Assembly (NCBI GenBank): GCA_963845145.1
Contig: CAWJQU010000005.1
Location: 576,001-640,000, forward strand
Length of the DNA: 64,000 nucleotides
Reading direction: 5' to 3'
Source: an uncultured delta proteobacterium
Lineage (GTDB): Bacteria > Desulfobacterota > Desulfobacteria > Desulfobacterales > QNYZ01
This document shows, piece after piece, positions 31,363-41,022 of the stretch. Under the pieces are notes generated by a model, which saw nothing but the letters and a program-made list of their open reading frames with translations, ran no database searches and was not told where the DNA came from. Position 1 is the first letter of the stretch. Every line of letters starts with the position of its first letter. The position numbers were made by a program, and so were the translations under genes.

Positions 31363-32009
31363 GGGATCTTCCCATACGGCAAATCATAGATATTTCACCC
31401 ACCCTAAAGCCCGGTATCGCCGTTTTTCCCGGTGACACGCCGTTTGAGTACAAAGATACGCTAACCATCGGCCCCGATTGCCCGGTCAATGTTACCGCAA
31501 TCTCCACGACTACCCACTGTGGTGCCCATGCCGATGCACCGCGCCACTATGCAAACGAGGGTGCTTCCGTGGATCAGCTGTCCTTGAATGATTTTATCGG
31601 ACCGGCGCGGGTCATCGATGCACGCGGTGGGGAATCACTTTGCCAACCGAACGATATCGAACCCTTTCTGGATTCCGTGCCCGCACGGGTTTTATTGCGC
31701 CTCGAAGATGAATGGGACCCCATGTCTTGGCGGGATGATTTCCGTTCTTTATCGCCGCAGACCGTCGAGCTTTTTTACAAAAAAGGGGTGCGTCTGATCG
31801 GCGTGGATGTCCCCTCCGTGGATCCGGCAAACTCAAAAACACTGCCCGCCCACAAGGTCTTTTTGCGCCGGGATATGCGAAACCTGGAGGGACTGGTATT
31901 AAGCCACGTCACACCGGGAGACTATGAGCTGGTCGCATTGCCCCTAAAGCTGGCCGAGCTCGACGCGGCGCCGGTCAGGGCCATATTGAGAACGTTAGAG
32001 CCAGTTTAA
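31359..32009 (+). CDS. kynB: Kynurenine formamidase (cyclase family)
   Basis: [46 protein letters not shown] overlap with kynA. Confidence 0.92.
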   Translation: MRDLPIRQIIDISPTLKPGIAVFPGDTPFEYKDTLTIGPDCPVNVTAISTTTHCGAHADAPRHYANEGASVDQLSLNDFIGPARVIDARGGESLCQPNDIEPFLDSVPARVLLRLEDEWDPMSWRDDFRSLSPQTVELFYKKGVRLIGVDVPSVDPANSKTLPAHKVFLRRDMRNLEGLVLSHVTPGDYELVALPLKLAELDAAPVRAILRTLEPV

Positions 32010-32176
32010 AAACGTCCCATTTTGTCCAATCTCTGCGTCAGGCTCAAATTTTAATCCTCGAAATACCCAATGTATTTACCCCAAGGGCACTTCCTTCGGG
32101 GCGCCTGTGGTTAATCCGCCTGAGGCGGATCGCCTTCCTTGACCTTGAACAAACTGAAACGTTTTAAAATTGGCTC
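31998..32176. mobile_element. MITE-like non-autonomous element (179 bp)
   Basis: Terminal inverted repeats GAGCCAGTTTAAAAACGT / ACGTTTTAAAATTGGCTC (16/18 match), flanked by the direct repeat GTTA (31994-31997 and 32177-32180); no ORF. Confidence 0.8.
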
Positions 32177-32213
32177 GTTAGAATAAAATGACGCCCGTGA
32201 GTTCGGGGAGCAA

Positions 32214-33536
32214 TTATCCGTTCTTACTCGTTTCTTCCACCATTTTGATCCCCAGCGCCGCGATCCCATCCAACACAGGCTCGTAAATCTCCTTTTTAAT
32301 GGGGATCTGGACGCCGGTGAGCTTGATTTTATCTTCCGCCATGAGTTTTACACCAATTGCCAGGGGCAGACTGACCGTACGGGCCATGGATGAGTCTCCG
32401 TGAGGAATGCCGTAGTCGATCAGGGTGGAGGTGATGGTTTCCATGGCGCCATCGGCGTTCTCCACCGCAAACTTATGCCGCAGCAATAGCATGTCTTTTT
32501 CCCCCGGAGCGTATTTGAGTTTTTCCAGGAGGCGTTCACTTAAAATATCCAGTTTGCTTTCACAATTCGGGATTGTATCCGACCCAAACAGACCCAGCCA
32601 TTCAAGGTTTTTGATGACGAAATGATCGGTTGTCAGGTCGACTTTTTCAGCGACTCCGGCGGCAATGTCATTGGCCGTATCGGCGCCAATGGCGTCGGCC
32701 ATCATCTCCGCATAGGTTGTACCAGCGGCATAGGCGGCTGGCGCCTCATCCACGAGACCTAAATCCACGATTTTTTTGAATGTATCGCACCAACCGATAT
32801 TTCGATAGGTGCCGCGCATCACCGTTTCGGCATCTTCAAGACCATAGATTTCCTTGTAGGGCAGGGAATCCCGGTTGGGGTATACTTCGAATTCCCCAAG
32901 GGGGTCGACCTGCTCGAGGCGTTTGTTTAAAAACAGGTCCGGGCCATCGATATTGACGATGTTACCATTTTCCAAGAACCGGGCCGGATTACGTGAGGCC
33001 AGCACCACACCCCGCGGACTCCATGAAAATTTGTACCCAAAGGGGTTGTCATTGTCTTCGGGCGCGGGCAAGCCACCGCAGATGGAATAAAAATGGCGAA
33101 TTTTACCTCCGCGGGCATGTACATTATCGATAATCTGCATGGCGGACATGTGGTCAACCCCGGGATCGATGCCGATCTCATTTAAAAAAAGCAGGTTCTT
33201 GCTTTTGATCTCTGCATCAAGACTGCGCATATCGTCACTGACATAAGAGGTCGTCGCCATGAGTTTATTATATTTCAGGCAGGCTTCAGCCACTTTGAGA
33301 TGATGAATCCAGGGAAGCAGGCTAACGACGATGTCATTTTCCGAAACCAGCGCCGCCACTTTTTCACGATCCTCAACCAGGATTTGCAGGGCCTTACCTT
33401 TCTCAAAACCCTGAACGATTCTTTCCGCCTTCTCAACGGTTCGCGAGGCAACCGTCACTGAATATCCCTGTTCGAGTAAATAGACAACGCCCGGCTTGCT
33501 GACCAACCCTGCACCCAACACCAATATCTTTTTCAT
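32214..33536 (-). CDS. Saccharopine dehydrogenase (glutamate-forming; SDH/Lys9-like)
   Basis: ILVLGAGLV, VSLLPW..H, TTSYVS, NEIGIDPGVDHM, CGGLPAPE..NPFGYKFSWSPRGV, YPNRDS, SMARTVSLP. Confidence 0.92.
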   Translation of the reverse strand: MKKILVLGAGLVSKPGVVYLLEQGYSVTVASRTVEKAERIVQGFEKGKALQILVEDREKVAALVSENDIVVSLLPWIHHLKVAEACLKYNKLMATTSYVSDDMRSLDAEIKSKNLLFLNEIGIDPGVDHMSAMQIIDNVHARGGKIRHFYSICGGLPAPEDNDNPFGYKFSWSPRGVVLASRNPARFLENGNIVNIDGPDLFLNKRLEQVDPLGEFEVYPNRDSLPYKEIYGLEDAETVMRGTYRNIGWCDTFKKIVDLGLVDEAPAAYAAGTTYAEMMADAIGADTANDIAAGVAEKVDLTTDHFVIKNLEWLGLFGSDTIPNCESKLDILSERLLEKLKYAPGEKDMLLLRHKFAVENADGAMETITSTLIDYGIPHGDSSMARTVSLPLAIGVKLMAEDKIKLTGVQIPIKKEIYEPVLDGIAALGIKMVEETSKNG

Positions 33537-33544
33537 CACCCCTC

Positions 33545-34849
33545 CTATAAAAATTTTTGCATATATTTGTATTCATCAGTTAGCTGCCCATTATGTAATA
33601 TCAATGCCTTTTTAATGGGATAGGGTAGGTCGAGGGCAGCAAAATTTACATTGAAATCTGCTGAAGCGATTTGAGCCACATACTCTTTTAAAACATTGGA
33701 GAAAAACAGGGAGGACTCTTTGGGAAACTCGCAGGGCAGGTTATCAACAGCCATGACGGTAATCCCTTCATCGGTGATCTCATCCTCGAAGCGGTTGGCT
33801 TCGGGATAATAGGTAAAGCAGGGGGCATCGGGCATGGTGGCTGTTTTGGTGATCTCGATGGCGCCTTCAATGTCGCAGCTGATATCCCCGATGACCGACA
33901 GATCAAGGTGGTGTTTATTTTTCATCATTTCGATTAGGAAATCTTTCGTCACTACCCGGGGGTACTTATCCGTCCAGTAAATGCAGTTAACCAGGATATT
34001 GATATTCGGGAGATAGTTATCCATGACGGACACATATTTTTCCGGATGGTCATAGTAATCCTGTAATTCAAACGAACCGGAGACCGGTTTAACCATATCC
34101 GCTTCTTTAAAGACCACCTTATAGATATGATGAACATCAGAAGACCATTTATCATGGGATTGTAGCAGTTGCTGGGGCGTCAGGGTTTTTACGGGCAACA
34201 GATCGATGATCTCCTGGGCGCCTTGGGATACATTGCCATACCCGGTATACCCGACAATCAATGGGCCTAAGTCGGCGGGTAAGCCATTGGTCACAATTTG
34301 TCGGCCGATCTCATTGATGTGGTCTTTGGCCGCTTCCAACGATTCATATTCGTACGCCTGCTTTATTTGATCCAGAGGCGACGCTATCCCGCGTAATGTC
34401 ATTTTTCGGGCATAGGCATTGAGGGTCTCAATCATCCCGGCATAACCGGCATGGACACCGAAGAATATCAATCGCTGATCCTTCTCGTTGACGATTCGTT
34501 CGTAGTCGATCAGGTTGCATTCCATCTCCATTAGCCGTTTTAGCATCGCCATGTTATATGTTTGGCCTTTAATTGTATGGGAAAAAAAGATGTAGGTTTT
34601 GCCCTGGGTAAGTAGATCGATGGGGATCTCTTTTACAGCAAAGATGGTGTCCGCATCTGCAAGGTTCTCATCTACCCGACCTCCGGCGGCTTTGTAATCA
34701 GCATCTGAAAAGATGCGCAGCCCGGACGGCTGGACAATGGTTTCAACCCCGGATTGATCTTTTAATGATCGTACATGGGTAGGAATCAGCGGAACCCGAC
34801 GCTCCCACCGGTTTTTATCCTCTCTTCGAATTCCGATGATCTTTTTCAT
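33545..34849 (-). CDS. Lysine-ketoglutarate reductase (LKR domain of AASS-like)
   Basis: GIRREDKNRWERRVPL.P, VKEIP, FFSHTIKGQ, IDYERI, TGYGNVSQGAQE, NCIYW, DISCD..G, VDNLPCE. Confidence 0.88.
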   Translation of the reverse strand: MKKIIGIRREDKNRWERRVPLIPTHVRSLKDQSGVETIVQPSGLRIFSDADYKAAGGRVDENLADADTIFAVKEIPIDLLTQGKTYIFFSHTIKGQTYNMAMLKRLMEMECNLIDYERIVNEKDQRLIFFGVHAGYAGMIETLNAYARKMTLRGIASPLDQIKQAYEYESLEAAKDHINEIGRQIVTNGLPADLGPLIVGYTGYGNVSQGAQEIIDLLPVKTLTPQQLLQSHDKWSSDVHHIYKVVFKEADMVKPVSGSFELQDYYDHPEKYVSVMDNYLPNINILVNCIYWTDKYPRVVTKDFLIEMMKNKHHLDLSVIGDISCDIEGAIEITKTATMPDAPCFTYYPEANRFEDEITDEGITVMAVDNLPCEFPKESSLFFSNVLKEYVAQIASADFNVNFAALDLPYPIKKALILHNGQLTDEYKYMQKFL

Positions 34850-34957
34850 CTATTATCTCCTGAGAAATGCTATTTTGGTTAGAATCACCCTTAAAATATC
34901 AATTTAGCATGGCAGCAGCGTTTAGCGCCAATCAATAGATAGGTATTCGCTTTGACT

Positions 34958-35680
34958 TTAAAGGTCCCTTAAATCCATGCACACATCCGGATATCGGTCC
35001 GGTTGTTCGATAATTTTAAGTAAGGCTTGCGCGGCAGTATCGGCAGGGACAAGTACGCCGGTCTTCTTCATTTCAACAAAACGATCCTTGCTCGAAAAGT
35101 CTCTTTTGGGCGCCGACCGTATTTTTCTCTGCATATCCGTGTCCAACACCCCGGGGGCAATCGAAAAAACCCGGATTGGATTCTTGGGGTTATGGATGGG
35201 CTGTTCGCTTTGGAGAACCTCGCTGAACATATCCAGCCCGGCCTTGCCGGCACAATAACCTGCCCAGGAATCGACGGCATGCCTGGCCGCGCCGGAGCTT
35301 ATATTTATAATCAGCCGTTCGGCCTGCCGGGTTTTGGTTTCCTGAATAAACTGGTTGATTAAAAGCGTTGGACTAATCAGGTTAATCCGATACGCTTTCG
35401 TCAGCGCCTGATTATCCAGACGCCCAACGGGTGCCACCGGGCCAATCACGCCGGCATTGTTTACCAAAACCAAACGTCGGGCTCGTGGGGGCGGTTGAAA
35501 CTTAAATTTTAAAACCGCTTTCTCGTTTCCCAGATCCAGTTTATAATGCTGGTACCTTTCATGGGTAATCGTCTCGGTTCTCGAAACGCCAAAAACCCGG
35601 TTTCCGGCTTGCATAAGTAATTTTTCAGCGAGCGCTTTTCCCAATCCCCGGCTTGTTCCCGTAATGTAATATGCATCCAT
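34958..35680 (-). CDS. SDR, benzil reductase/sepiapterin reductase-like
   Basis: ITGTSRGLG, NNAG, NISSGAA, YCAGKAG, APGVLDTDMQ. Confidence 0.85.
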   Translation of the reverse strand: MDAYYITGTSRGLGKALAEKLLMQAGNRVFGVSRTETITHERYQHYKLDLGNEKAVLKFKFQPPPRARRLVLVNNAGVIGPVAPVGRLDNQALTKAYRINLISPTLLINQFIQETKTRQAERLIINISSGAARHAVDSWAGYCAGKAGLDMFSEVLQSEQPIHNPKNPIRVFSIAPGVLDTDMQRKIRSAPKRDFSSKDRFVEMKKTGVLVPADTAAQALLKIIEQPDRYPDVCMDLRDL

Positions 35681-35832
35681 TTAATCGCTCCTCACGTTTC
35701 GATACAACCTGGCTACCGCCGCAATTTAAACTTTTCCAAGGTCCTACCTTATAACCGTCCCTTCTGTTCTGCGTCAATAAAGTCATGCGCCATTATGAAA
35801 ATACAGTTTTCCCAGATTTCAGGATTCAGGGT

Positions 35833-36114
35833 TCAGGATTCTACCAACCGGTGGCTGTCCTCACAAGTCAGGTCAAGTTCGTAGATTTGTATGAGGTCGG
35901 CGATCTTTTTGAGATTTTTTTCATCAAATGGCGTTTTTCCTTCAAAGACATGTAAAACAATCCCTTCAATCAGATCCCCCAGGGACATATCATGGTACTC
36001 GGCGAGTCCTTTGAGTACTTTAAGCAGTCGCTTTTCTATTCGAACGCCGGTCTGAACCCGTTCAATTTTTCGCAAAGGGCCAAGCGATTTTTTTCTCATC
36101 GATTTTTTTCTCAT
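35833..36114 (-). CDS. Small conserved hypothetical protein, possibly ribbon-helix-helix
   Basis: ERVQTGVRIEKRLLKVLKGLAEYHDMSLGDLIEGIV has a beta-strand/helix/helix pattern; overlaps the MFS stop. Confidence 0.65.
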   Translation of the reverse strand: MRKKSMRKKSLGPLRKIERVQTGVRIEKRLLKVLKGLAEYHDMSLGDLIEGIVLHVFEGKTPFDEKNLKKIADLIQIYELDLTCEDSHRLVES

Positions 36115-37307
36115 TGGCTATCTTCCTTGTATAATAAAAAGGAGAACGCACTTAACGGCAATAATACCAGGCCCGACACCATGAGCAACCCTTGGTATGA
36201 AAAATATTCCAGCATAAAACCGTAAATAATCATGGCGGCAGGAATGGATGCATTGGCCACCGTTCCGGCGACACCAAACACCCTGCCGGCAAAATTATTG
36301 TCGATGCTTTTTTGTAAAAGACTTCTGAAAGCGATCCCGGCACAGATAATACAACCGCCCAATAAAAACAGCATCATCAAAAACAGGCTACGGGCAAAGG
36401 TATGTTGCGAATCAATACAGGCCCCAATAATATACGCAATCCCAATACAAAACACCGCGCCAAAAAGCCAGGGCTTTTCTTTTTTCATTCGAACGGCCAT
36501 GCTCAGAAAAAACGCCATGGCAATAGTGCCAAAACCGAAGGCAGCCTGAAAAAACCCCAGCGTTTGGGCACCATCATTAGATACCGTTGCCGCAATTATC
36601 GGCATCATTACCTCAATCGACCCGACGAAAAAATGGATGACCATTACCATGAGCAGCAATACGATAAAATTAGATTTTGAAAAAAGATACACATAGCCCT
36701 GTTGCATATCCTGAATAATACGGGTCTGACGATGCAATCGTTTTCGGGTTTCAGGAATATGAATAAAACACTCAAAGCCGGCCGAGAAAATAAAAGAAAC
36801 GGCGTTCAACACAAAAATAGTCAGATAGCCGAACACGGATACCAAGATACCGCCTAAAAATGCGCCGGCGATGGTAGAGAACCCATTGATAAACTGATGC
36901 CTGGAGTTGGCCTTGGTAAGGTCTTTTGCATCGACAATGGTTGGAATAATCGCCGGAATGGCAGGGTCAAAAAATGCGGCGTTTACAGACAGCAGCACCT
37001 GCATGGTTAAAATGATCGGTAGATTGATCATATCCAGGTAAAACAAAACGGAAAACACGCCGATAATGACACCTCTGAAGAGGTCGGTGCCCACAATGAT
37101 CCACTTTCGGTGATACCGGTCGATAAAGACGCCAGAAAACAACCCGATGATTATCGATGGCAGCAATGATGCCGCCAGTACGGCCCCCATTTGGGCGGAA
37201 GATCCGGTGGTCTTTAACACCCAGAACGAAATGGCAAGCATGTGGAACTTGTCCCCAATTTGGGAAACAAACTGTCCTGACAATAGGAGCATAAAGTTTT
37301 TATTCAT
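36111..37307 (-). CDS. MFS transporter (DHA3/macrolide-efflux-like)
   Basis: GQFVSQIGD, GVFIDRYHRK motif A, about 12 hydrophobic segments, GRVFG. Confidence 0.9.
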   Translation of the reverse strand: MNKNFMLLLSGQFVSQIGDKFHMLAISFWVLKTTGSSAQMGAVLAASLLPSIIIGLFSGVFIDRYHRKWIIVGTDLFRGVIIGVFSVLFYLDMINLPIILTMQVLLSVNAAFFDPAIPAIIPTIVDAKDLTKANSRHQFINGFSTIAGAFLGGILVSVFGYLTIFVLNAVSFIFSAGFECFIHIPETRKRLHRQTRIIQDMQQGYVYLFSKSNFIVLLLMVMVIHFFVGSIEVMMPIIAATVSNDGAQTLGFFQAAFGFGTIAMAFFLSMAVRMKKEKPWLFGAVFCIGIAYIIGACIDSQHTFARSLFLMMLFLLGGCIICAGIAFRSLLQKSIDNNFAGRVFGVAGTVANASIPAAMIIYGFMLEYFSYQGLLMVSGLVLLPLSAFSFLLYKEDSQ

Positions 37308-37596
37308 CGTCTTCTCCCCTTGGCCTCTCAATGCTATATTGTTACCAATGTACCAGCATATTGTCAAGAAATACATTCACACGTGATAGCGGTTTGAAAC
37401 CGATTTTTAAAAAATCGGCTCTTTATACTTTCAGAGGCATCGGTAAGGGTGGTATATAAATTGCATAAATTTGAAATAAAGAAAGTGCATGGTTAGATCG
37501 GTTTTAACCATCGGGCTCGGGGCGGAATATTGTTTATAAATAGACAGCCGGTCGTCCTCTATAATGCAATAATTGAACATAAATACGATAGCTTAA

Positions 37597-40179
37597 ATGA
37601 AATCTAAATTGCTGTTCTGTGTTCTGACACTTGCCGTTGTCTGGGTATATTCGTGCCGGTTGACTTCAGAACATATAAACCCGCCCCAAGCAGTTGCGGG
37701 TGTTCTGGACCTTACCGCTTGGAATTTTGAAGAGGACGGTCCGGTGAATTTATCCGGCCAGTATGAATTTTACTGGAACGAACTGCATCCACCGCATAAA
37801 TTCGATGACGGAAGTCCAAGACCAAAACAGGCTTTCATTCAAGTGCCGGGGCTGTGGAATGGCCTTGAAACGGGAGGTGAAATAATTTCCGGAACCGGCT
37901 ATGCGACCTACCGCCTAACCGTTTTATTGAAAGGAAAACATCGGTCTCTTGCTTTAAAAGTGTTGGATATGAGCACTACCTGTAGCCTTTTCGTGAATCG
38001 GCAACGCATGTATTCGGCCGGTGAAGTGGGGCAAAACCCGCTGTCGTCAAAACCCCAATTCAACCCTGGGGTCATTGATTTTCAAACCGATGAAAACAAG
38101 CTCGAACTGATTATTCAAGTATCCAATTTTCACCATCGGAAAGGAGGGATCTGGGAGCCCATTTTTTTGGGTACCGAAAAACAGATTCGAAATAGTCGCG
38201 AAACAAAAGTAACCATCGAGCTATTCTTGTTTGGCAGTATATTTATAATGGGCCTCTACCACTTTGGCTTGTTCATCCTGAGGAGAAAAGAGAGATCCAC
38301 GCTGTTTTTCGGCATTTTCTGCCTGTTAATAGCCCTTCGAATCCTGACCACCGGAGAAAGATATTTCCTGAAGCTATTTCCGGATTTCAGTTGGGAAATA
38401 TTTGTGAAGCTGGAATATTTGTCCTATTATTTGGCCGTGATAGCATTCGTTCATTTTTTTTATGCGCTCTTTTTCCACCGTTTTTTCAAAACCATTTGCC
38501 TCGCGGCAACGATTTTAAGCTCGGTTTTTTCAGCGTTGGTCATCGTTTTACCACTAAAATATTTTTCACAAACGCTTACACCCTACCATCTGTTTACACT
38601 GTCACTCTTTATATACGGTATTTATATTCTCCTCATCTATTCATGGAAAAAGGAATATGACGCCATTATTTTTCTGTCCGGCTTTTTAGTTCTGCTCTTA
38701 ACAGCCACAAACGATATGATGCGTCATGAAAATTTATTGCAGACTGGTAATCTTGTTCCCCTGGGCCTGCTTATTTTTATTTTTTCACAGGCGTTTCTCT
38801 TGTCTCTTCGATTTTCAAAAGCATTTGAGACGGTTGACATCCAACGCCGAAAATTAAGCGACACCAACCATTTTATTCGAAAACAAATCAAACAGAGTAA
38901 ACAAGCCGCAAAGGCCCTTAAGGCGTCCCATGAAAGGTTTCTTACCGTATTAGACAGCATTGATGCAGACATCTATGTTGCCGACATGAGTAACTATGAA
39001 ATTTTATTCATGAACCAGCATATAAAAGATAGCTTTGGGCATGATTTTACAGGGCAAACCTGTTGGCAGGTCTTTCGAAATGATTCGAAGGCCTGCGGGC
39101 ATTGTACCAACGATAAATTGTTAAATAGTGATGGTGATCCCTCGGGTGTGCATGTCTGGGAGTGCGGCAATCCGATAACCGGAAGGTGGTACACCAATTA
39201 TGATCGGGCAATACCGTGGGATGATGTTACGGGCAATACGCGTTTCGTACGTCTACAAATTGCAACGGACATCACTGAAAAAAAACAGGCTGAAACTGCG
39301 CTTCAAAATGCCAAAGATGAATTGGAAAAGAGAGTACAGGAACGGACAGATGATATTCTCAGAGCGAATCAAGCATTACGCACGGAAATAAAAGAGCGAA
39401 TACAGGCTCAGGAAGCCATGACAAAAGCCAAAAGAGCGGAAGAAACCGCCAATCGTGCTAAAAGCGCGTTTTTAGCAAATATGAGTCATGAACTAAGGAC
39501 GCCGCTCAATCATATCATCGGATTTACCGAGTTAATTTTGGATAAACATTTTGGCGATCTAAACGAAATCCAGGCGGAATACCTCGGTGATGTCCATCAA
39601 AGCAGCGAACACCTCCTATCTTTGATCAACGATATCCTCGATATTTCTAAAATTGAATCGGGTAAGCAGAAATTACAACTTGTGGATACCGAAATCAAAG
39701 CGTTAATCCAAAACAGCCTCATCATGATCAAAAAAAAGGCGGAGCAAAAGTCGATTAAGTTAGCCGTAGAAATGGATGGCGTCCCCCATATCATCCGGGC
39801 CGATGAACGGGGCATCAAACAAATCATGTATAACCTGTTGTCAAATGCCGTCAAATTCACACCCGACAACGGTCAAATCACCATAAAAGCGCAAATCTGT
39901 CCATTTGGCGATAAAAATCGACCTGCCCAAGAGTCACCTCGGATTCTTGGCTTGCAAATTAGCGTATTCGACAGCGGTATCGGAATCGAACCGGAAAATT
40001 TAGCCCTCATTTTCAAGCCTTTTGAGCAAGTAGAAAACTCCGCAAGTCGTAAATATCAAGGAACCGGACTCGGACTATCTTTGAGTAAAAACCTTGTTGA
40101 GCTTCATGGCGGAAAAATGTGGACAGACAGTGATGGTGAGGGTAAAGGATCTGCCTTTCATTTTGTCATACCCATTTGA
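37597..40179 (+). CDS. Sensor histidine kinase with 7TM-DISM-like input, PAS, HisKA and HATPase domains
   Basis: Extracellular GYATYRL..QVSNFHHRKGG, 7 TM segments, PAS-like region, FLANMSHELRTPL, NLLSNAVKFT, DSGIGI, GTGLGL, GKGSAF. Confidence 0.92.
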   Translation: MKSKLLFCVLTLAVVWVYSCRLTSEHINPPQAVAGVLDLTAWNFEEDGPVNLSGQYEFYWNELHPPHKFDDGSPRPKQAFIQVPGLWNGLETGGEIISGTGYATYRLTVLLKGKHRSLALKVLDMSTTCSLFVNRQRMYSAGEVGQNPLSSKPQFNPGVIDFQTDENKLELIIQVSNFHHRKGGIWEPIFLGTEKQIRNSRETKVTIELFLFGSIFIMGLYHFGLFILRRKERSTLFFGIFCLLIALRILTTGERYFLKLFPDFSWEIFVKLEYLSYYLAVIAFVHFFYALFFHRFFKTICLAATILSSVFSALVIVLPLKYFSQTLTPYHLFTLSLFIYGIYILLIYSWKKEYDAIIFLSGFLVLLLTATNDMMRHENLLQTGNLVPLGLLIFIFSQAFLLSLRFSKAFETVDIQRRKLSDTNHFIRKQIKQSKQAAKALKASHERFLTVLDSIDADIYVADMSNYEILFMNQHIKDSFGHDFTGQTCWQVFRNDSKACGHCTNDKLLNSDGDPSGVHVWECGNPITGRWYTNYDRAIPWDDVTGNTRFVRLQIATDITEKKQAETALQNAKDELEKRVQERTDDILRANQALRTEIKERIQAQEAMTKAKRAEETANRAKSAFLANMSHELRTPLNHIIGFTELILDKHFGDLNEIQAEYLGDVHQSSEHLLSLINDILDISKIESGKQKLQLVDTEIKALIQNSLIMIKKKAEQKSIKLAVEMDGVPHIIRADERGIKQIMYNLLSNAVKFTPDNGQITIKAQICPFGDKNRPAQESPRILGLQISVFDSGIGIEPENLALIFKPFEQVENSASRKYQGTGLGLSLSKNLVELHGGKMWTDSDGEGKGSAFHFVIPI

Positions 40180-40287
40180 ATCAAATGGATTGATATGGTC
40201 ACAGTCTTTCGATGCACGCCAGGTTCTATAATCAGGTATTATTCACCGTTGCCCTAAACGGCACAGTGGCACTAAAACCAATGCCCC

Positions 40288-40983
40288 CTATCTGTTCAGT
40301 ATCATTTTTTTAAGCGCTACAATATGGCGAGCAGGATAAACAGCAGTGGGACAAACACGGCTACATTGTAAGGCACGATCGCAAAGAAGGGCGCCACGTT
40401 CGTTTTTAGCCTGTCTCAGCAACCTCTTTTTGTAGGAGGAATTTTTTCCCATTTCCCGATGCATGGCTGTTAGAGCGGCGGGCCCTATAAATTCAGAATT
40501 ATCGCGAGATACCGGGCAGGCCGAAACACAACTTCCACATTCTATGCAGTCTTCAAACTGGAAAAAGGGCCGTTCCGTGCCGGCCGGTTTTCCGTTGCGT
40601 TTCTTTTGGATAGAGGGGCGCAGATAGGTCCAGTCCTCATCAATATCTTTAAAAAATGGATTCATATTCACCACCAGATCGCCGAGTAGCGGAAACCCTT
40701 TTAGGGCCGCCAGGGTCACGGTATCGGTGCCCAGCGCCCACACGTTGGTCGTGCACATCAGCCCTTCGGTATTGTTTATCAGGCAGGCGCAGGTTCCGCA
40801 GGAGCTATGGTGGCAGGAGTGCCGGTACATCAGTGTTGGTTCCTGTGTAAGGCGGATTTTTTCAAGTGCCTCCAGAACACTCATGGAATCAGCCACCTCT
40901 AAAGTATATACGTAAAATTCCGGTGGGTCGATGACCTCTGCTTTGTACCGTAAAATTCGAAAATTGATTTGTTTTATATCCAT
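40288..40983 (-). CDS. Succinate dehydrogenase/fumarate reductase iron-sulfur subunit-like protein
   Basis: SCHHSSCGTC...C ([2Fe-2S]), CIECGSCVSACP and CDRALQCSRVCP. Confidence 0.85.
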   Translation of the reverse strand: MDIKQINFRILRYKAEVIDPPEFYVYTLEVADSMSVLEALEKIRLTQEPTLMYRHSCHHSSCGTCACLINNTEGLMCTTNVWALGTDTVTLAALKGFPLLGDLVVNMNPFFKDIDEDWTYLRPSIQKKRNGKPAGTERPFFQFEDCIECGSCVSACPVSRDNSEFIGPAALTAMHREMGKNSSYKKRLLRQAKNERGALLCDRALQCSRVCPTAVYPARHIVALKKMILNR

Positions 40984-41022
40984 TTTTAAAGATCTCACGA
41001 ATCATGGTTGTAAAAAGTGATC

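Noticed and set aside
36085..36114. 15-bp tandem duplication giving MRKKS-MRKKS
   Set aside because: A local slippage duplication at a gene start with no evident functional meaning.
40288..40983. Succinate dehydrogenase operon
   Set aside because: Only the Fe-S subunit-like gene is present; no sdhA/C/D in the window.
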